DNA from: Candidatus Kaiserbacteria bacterium
GTDB taxonomy: Bacteria > Patescibacteriota > Minisyncoccia > Phycocordibacterales > UBA2100
Direction: 5' to 3'
Assembly (NCBI GenBank): GCA_003164215.1
Contig: PLSR01000017.1
Location: forward strand, 148,029-205,630
Length of the DNA stretch: 57,602 bases
Under the pieces are notes generated by a model. The model made no database searches. It was not told where the DNA came from and worked only from the letters and a program-made list of their open reading frames with translations. Shown here one piece after another: positions 53,783 to 57,602 of the stretch. Made by a program: the position numbers and the translations under genes. Positions within the stretch are counted from its first letter, which is position 1, and each line of letters opens with the position of its first letter.

Positions 53783-54679
53783 ATGACCAAAAGCGAAAAG
53801 ATGACCGCGCAGCGCGTCGAAAGTCTGACGCGCGGCGGAATGGAATTGTTCTGCAAGATATTGTGGTGTGCAGCGCCGCCTGAGGTACAGGTGAAGTATC
53901 CGCGATTCGCTGACGGCGACGTGGTCATCGATGAAAAGTTTCTCGATGGCGTGAAGGACGAGGACATAACGGGATTCCGACTCGCCCTCAAGATACTTTT
54001 TGAAGTCGACGACTCGTTCAAGGCGGCGGACTACATCCGTGATGAAGGGTCGAACACTATGCTCGTCGACGTCTCGCTCATCGCGTGCCGTCTCGGGAGC
54101 CCCGGATCGATGGGCGATGTCGAGTGCTACTTCTTGCGTGAGCTTGATCGGGAACGTGCCGAGCTCAAATCCCTCAAGAAGTCCGCCGCGCTGGACACAC
54201 CGCCGAAGTGGATCCTGAAGTACGTCGGGAGAGGTTTGGCCCGCTACGAACATCTGAAAGAGCTCCGCGCTCCTGAACTCGTCATCAAGAACGAGATCAA
54301 AATGTGGGGCGGCGCCAAAGATCTTTCGCTGAATGAACGGGCAACCATCGTTCTGAAGCGCATGATCAGAAGTCAGAAATCCGCCGTTGCCTCGCTCGAA
54401 GGGATCCTGGCCGAACTCCCGAAGGGCAACTTCACTCCGGCCATGTTGCTTCTCGGCGAAAGTCTTGAAGCTTCGGCCCACGAGTTCGAAGATGTGCGGT
54501 CGGGTGAATTCTTCGACATGAAGACGGGGAGGATGAGAACGAAGAGCGGCGAGCTCTCGGAGTTCGTTCGCACCTCAAAGAAGGGAGGACTCTTCTTCGA
54601 CAGAGACGCGATCGGAACCGGTTACCAGTTCTTCAGGGCACTGCTCGATGTCCTTCAACCAACTGTCGGCAGAGCCTGA
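53783..54679 (+). CDS. orphan protein (island gene d)
   Basis: 298 aa. GGGAG Shine-Dalgarno, GC-rich third codon positions on this strand, and a terminator at 54703-54733. No family recognised. Confidence 0.65.
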   Translation: MTKSEKMTAQRVESLTRGGMELFCKILWCAAPPEVQVKYPRFADGDVVIDEKFLDGVKDEDITGFRLALKILFEVDDSFKAADYIRDEGSNTMLVDVSLIACRLGSPGSMGDVECYFLRELDRERAELKSLKKSAALDTPPKWILKYVGRGLARYEHLKELRAPELVIKNEIKMWGGAKDLSLNERATIVLKRMIRSQKSAVASLEGILAELPKGNFTPAMLLLGESLEASAHEFEDVRSGEFFDMKTGRMRTKSGELSEFVRTSKKGGLFFDRDAIGTGYQFFRALLDVLQPTVGRA

Positions 54680-54702
54680 ACTCGCCGATCAGATCAAACT
54701 CG

Positions 54703-54733
54703 CACTCCGCCCCCCGGCGGAGTGTTTCTTTTT
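54703..54733 (+). terminator. rho-independent terminator of gene d
   Basis: cactccgcc-cccc-ggcggagtg followed by tttcttttt. Confidence 0.8.
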
Positions 54734-54900
54734 AGGTATTGAATCGGCTTCCTCATACTTAAAAAGAAGAACCGTCCGCCGCGGGGAAATGCCGTCAGAT
54801 ACCTTTTCTTTCTATTCTCTAATTCACCACTAGAGCACCTCCCATTTCTACGATCACTTTGTGATCAAGAAAAGTAGGTCGCGCGCGAATAAGCGAATAG

Positions 54901-54990
54901 TTCGCCAAGCTCTGAGCTTGGTAGGGATTTCATGGCCCCGTTAAGCGATTTCGGTTTTCAGTTTTTTACCAAGCTCTGAGCTTTGTAGTT
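54901..54990 (+). repeat. 90-bp perfect direct repeat, copy 1
   Basis: Identical base for base to 55658-55747. Contains the 17-mer CCAAGCTCTGAGCTTGG and a second near-copy 63 nt later. Confidence 0.95.
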
Positions 54991-55002
54991 CATCACGGTA
55001 TT

Positions 55003-55044
55003 AAACAGAAAACCCACCGAAGCGGGTCTTCCGCCTGGTGGGTT
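55003..55044 (-). terminator. rho-independent terminator of gene e (shared module, copy 2)
   Basis: The first ~25 nt on the + strand (ttaaacagaaaacccaccgaagcgg) are nearly identical to 53291-53316. Confidence 0.7.
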
Positions 55045-55580
55045 CATGAGCCAATTCTTGATCTTCGTTTGATCAGTTCGACCGCGCGATCGAAACCCGC
55101 CACGAAGTCCGGGAGAGATGCGTCGAGGATCTTCACGATATCGTCTTCGGTCGTGCCGCCCGAGTCGTTCAACTCGACCTCATCCATGGACTTGCGCCCG
55201 CCGAAGACCTTCTCAGGTTCTGTGATCTCCTGCGTTTGCAGCGGACCTTTGACTGACCCGATCACCGATTCTGACGACCACTTGAAGAGGTCGGCCATGA
55301 GGTCCATGGCCTCTTCCGGTGTCCGTGCGAATGCTTGAACGACAGGCCACACCTTGTCGAACAGGAGTGTCCAGAGCCAATTATCCTGCGTCAGCGAGCC
55401 GTTGTAGAGCGGCCGACCGATGTTCCGCTGCCGCGCGAAGAATTCCGTAAAGGCCATGCAGAGCAGCACCTGCGCGTCGCCGTATTGGTTGGTCTCGTCC
55501 AGCTCGTCGTAGAAGACGCGCTTAATTCTATTCAAGAACTCCTGGCGCTCCGCGCCGCGCTTCATCCATGCCTCGGTCAT
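55044..55580 (-). CDS. orphan protein (island gene e), bracketed by the 90-bp direct repeats
   Basis: 178 aa from ATG 55580 with a GGGAG Shine-Dalgarno. No family recognised. Confidence 0.6.
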   Translation of the reverse strand: MTEAWMKRGAERQEFLNRIKRVFYDELDETNQYGDAQVLLCMAFTEFFARQRNIGRPLYNGSLTQDNWLWTLLFDKVWPVVQAFARTPEEAMDLMADLFKWSSESVIGSVKGPLQTQEITEPEKVFGGRKSMDEVELNDSGGTTEDDIVKILDASLPDFVAGFDRAVELIKRRSRIGS

Positions 55581-55657
55581 CGAATTACTCCCTCGATGTG
55601 TCCCGCCGTGCCGGGCTCTGGCGACACGGTACAACATTCGTTGATACTTGTCCCGCC

Positions 55658-55747
55658 TTCGCCAAGCTCTGAGCTTGGTAGGGATTTCATGGCCCCGTTA
55701 AGCGATTTCGGTTTTCAGTTTTTTACCAAGCTCTGAGCTTTGTAGTT
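55658..55747 (+). repeat. 90-bp perfect direct repeat, copy 2
   Basis: Identical to 54901-54990, at an offset of 757 nt. Confidence 0.95.
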
Positions 55748-55854
55748 TTTTGACGCTTGACTGCGCGGACGCGAGATGAAATCTTTATGAATGTAGGTCT
55801 TTGTCAGTTTTTCAGGTTGAACGTTAGTTTCTCAGACCAGACGGGAGAACTTCG

Positions 55855-56289
55855 ATGCACAGATTTCTGATCATCGTGACAGCTGCGGTCGTGTTTGCCT
55901 CGGCTGTGGTCGCCGGCGAACCTCCGCACCAGTTCAGTCAGCCGCCTCCACCCGAGGGGACAGAAGCTATCTCGTTCGAGCACAAGACGATCGTGTGCAA
56001 GAACCTCGACGCGGTCAAGGCGATCGTCGTTGCCGGCAAAGAGTCCGCCGGTGCATTCGACGATCAATTCGCCGTGTTCGCAGAGAAGAAAGCATGTCTT
56101 CCCGATTATGTGTACGTCAACGGCGTGACCGTCGGCGAAAGCGTTGATCTCGGCGTGAATGTGATCGGCGGCATTCGTCGGCATGACTACGCCGTCCATG
56201 TCGGGAACATCAACGAGGAATTTTATGTTTTGTACGAGCAGGGTGAGATCCCTGACGTTCAAGCAGAAGGAGATGGCACGCCCATCTGA
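55855..56289 (+). CDS. orphan secreted protein (island gene f)
   Basis: 144 aa. Signal peptide MHRFLIIVTAAVVFASAVVA. Terminator at 56324-56352. Confidence 0.6.
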   Translation: MHRFLIIVTAAVVFASAVVAGEPPHQFSQPPPPEGTEAISFEHKTIVCKNLDAVKAIVVAGKESAGAFDDQFAVFAEKKACLPDYVYVNGVTVGESVDLGVNVIGGIRRHDYAVHVGNINEEFYVLYEQGEIPDVQAEGDGTPI

Positions 56290-56323
56290 GGTCTACCGTG
56301 AGTCTAATGGATCCTCGCGACAC

Positions 56324-56352
56324 AAATGCACTCCCGCAGTGGGGGTGCATTT
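56324..56352 (+). terminator. 12-bp hairpin downstream of gene f
   Basis: aaatgcactccc-gcagt-gggggtgcattt. Confidence 0.55.
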
Positions 56353-56481
56353 ATGTTATGTGAAGTAATAACGCGTTTTCCACTTCCCTCAAAAAGGCCT
56401 CAAAAGCGGTGGTATTATGGGGCATAAGATACGTGCCCTGGATGATAGGTTCGTCGCGCGCATCCATATCTTCATTCCATT

Positions 56482-57602
56482 ATGTGGATCCAGCCTGTTG
56501 ACCCGTTCGCAAATCTCGCGCTCTCGGCTATTTGCGCGGTTTTGCCGATCGTTTTGCTTGCCGCACTTCTCTTGAGCCGGAAGGTGAGCGGGATGGTGGC
56601 GAGCATTGTGGCACTCGTTGCCGCGCTTCTTGTCGCGGTATTCGCATATGGCATGCCGGCGCAGCTCGCCGGGCTTTCCGCGCTCTATGGAATGGCGAGC
56701 GGTCTCTTGCCGATAGGGTGGATCGTGTTGAGCGCGGTATTTTTGTACAACTTGAGCGTTGAGAGCGGGAGCTTTGCCGTCGTACGTGAAAGTATCGAAT
56801 CCGTGACGTCCGACAGGCGACTGCAGGCACTCTTGGTCGCTTTCTGCTTCGGCGCATTTCTCGAAGGTGCAGCGGGATTCGGCGCTCCGGTCGCGATCAC
56901 CGCGGGCATGCTCGTTGGCTTAGGATTCGAAGCGGTATACGCCGCGAGCATTTGTCTATTGGCCAACAGCGCGCCGGTCGCTTTTGGTGCTATTGGTATC
57001 GCGGTCATTACCGCCGGGCATATTGCGAACATCGATCCGAATGTGTTGAGCAGAATGATCGGGCATCAGCTTCCGTTCATCGCGTTCATTATCCCGCTCT
57101 GGCTCGTGGTTATTATCGCCGGATGGCGCGGAGCGCGCGAGGTATGGCCTGCGATCTTGGTCACCGGACTTTCATATGCGATTACGATGTTCCTCACCGC
57201 AAGCTATCTTGGGCCGACGTTGCCGGACATTTTTGCATCAATGGTTTCGCTTATTTGTCTCGTCACGTTACTATCTTTTTGGCGGCCGAGGACGGTGTGG
57301 CGATTCCCGAGCGAATCCGCCGCGCAGGTGGATAGAGGAGCATCGAAGCACAGCTTCGGTGAATTGGTCCGCGCGTGGACGCCGTATCTCTTGTTGATCA
57401 CGTTCATAACAAACTGGGCATTGCCCGGTTTCCAAAGCATCGTCGGACGCGTGACGGATGTGATACCGTTCGGCGCGCTTGCACACGCGGTCGTGGCCAA
57501 TGGGCAAACGGTCACGGTGAATTACTCGTTCGGCTGGCTCTCCGCGGCGGGGACGGGGATCCTCTTCGCGGCGATCGCGACGATCATATTGCAACGCATT
57601 CC
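56482..57602 (+). CDS. lctP: L-lactate permease (LctP family), 3' end outside the window
   Basis: This ORF is absent from the ORF track because it has no stop codon in the window. My own translation from ATG 56482 is open to the window edge and contains FCFGAFLEGAAGFGAPVAITAGMLVGLGF, NSAPVAFGAIGI and WRGAREVWPA, nearly as in E. coli LldP. Confidence 0.9.
   Translation, partial: MWIQPVDPFANLALSAICAVLPIVLLAALLLSRKVSGMVASIVALVAALLVAVFAYGMPAQLAGLSALYGMASGLLPIGWIVLSAVFLYNLSVESGSFAVVRESIESVTSDRRLQALLVAFCFGAFLEGAAGFGAPVAITAGMLVGLGFEAVYAASICLLANSAPVAFGAIGIAVITAGHIANIDPNVLSRMIGHQLPFIAFIIPLWLVVIIAGWRGAREVWPAILVTGLSYAITMFLTASYLGPTLPDIFASMVSLICLVTLLSFWRPRTVWRFPSESAAQVDRGASKHSFGELVRAWTPYLLLITFITNWALPGFQSIVGRVTDVIPFGALAHAVVANGQTVTVNYSFGWLSAAGTGILFAAIATIILQRI

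Noticed and set aside
53708-54481. 257-aa minus-strand ORF overlapping island gene d.
   Set aside because: The + strand frame has the GC-rich third positions, a GGGAG Shine-Dalgarno, a near-consensus promoter upstream and a strong terminator downstream. The minus ORF has none of these.
52416-55747. The repeated island elements as integron attC sites or as a CRISPR-like array.
   Set aside because: There is no intI integrase or cas gene. The cassettes carry their own strong promoters and lie on both strands. I could not find the RYYYAAC/GTTRRRY core sites. The repeats are few, long and irregularly spaced, unlike CRISPR repeats.

Overview
This is a 57.6-kb, gene-dense bacterial chromosomal window. 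GC looks roughly 55-60% by eye. I found no rRNA, tRNA or CRISPR array. The gene content includes GH57/GH15 alpha-glucan enzymes, a cupin-type PGI, ThyX, a sortase, an MFP-RND pump with no outer-membrane partner, and many small secreted proteins. That mix suggests a small-genome uncultivated lineage; CPR/Patescibacteria-like is my guess and is not demonstrated.

Blocks:
- (1) 1-6.3 kb: alpha-glucan and glucose catabolism (GT fragment, GH57, GH15, LuxR-type regulator, cupin PGI, ROK glucokinase).
- (2) 7.0-12.8 kb: thymidylate/nucleotide cluster (glyA, tmk, dcd, a tandem-domain ThyX, an NDT-like protein, a cyanophycin-synthetase-like ATP-grasp).
- (3) 12.8-40.4 kb: housekeeping and envelope genes. 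These include two ABC-2 exporters, HK/RR, SPFH, galU, mscL, MFP-RND, VOC proteins, csp, PPIase, ApbE, a second GH15-like gene, a J-domain protein and an orphan APS-reductase-like CysH.
- (4) 40.5-43.9 kb: small secreted repeat proteins plus a sortase.
- (5) A lactate/gluconeogenesis module: eno, a D-2-hydroxyacid dehydrogenase::phosphoglycerate mutase fusion, ppsA, and lctP.
- (6) 51.1-56.4 kb: an accessory island that splits ppsA from lctP.

The island is the most unusual part of the window. A low-GC NYN-nuclease gene is bracketed by two copies of the ppsA 3' end that differ only at synonymous sites. It is followed by five orphan genes that carry reused regulatory modules. These are a 60-100 bp element present three times next to consensus sigma70 promoters, a shared terminator, and two perfect 90-bp direct repeats flanking one gene. 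I cannot assign the orphan genes to any family.

Other notable items are a MITE-like insertion with a target-site duplication, a second long inverted-repeat element, and Usg-like and GcrA-like genes.
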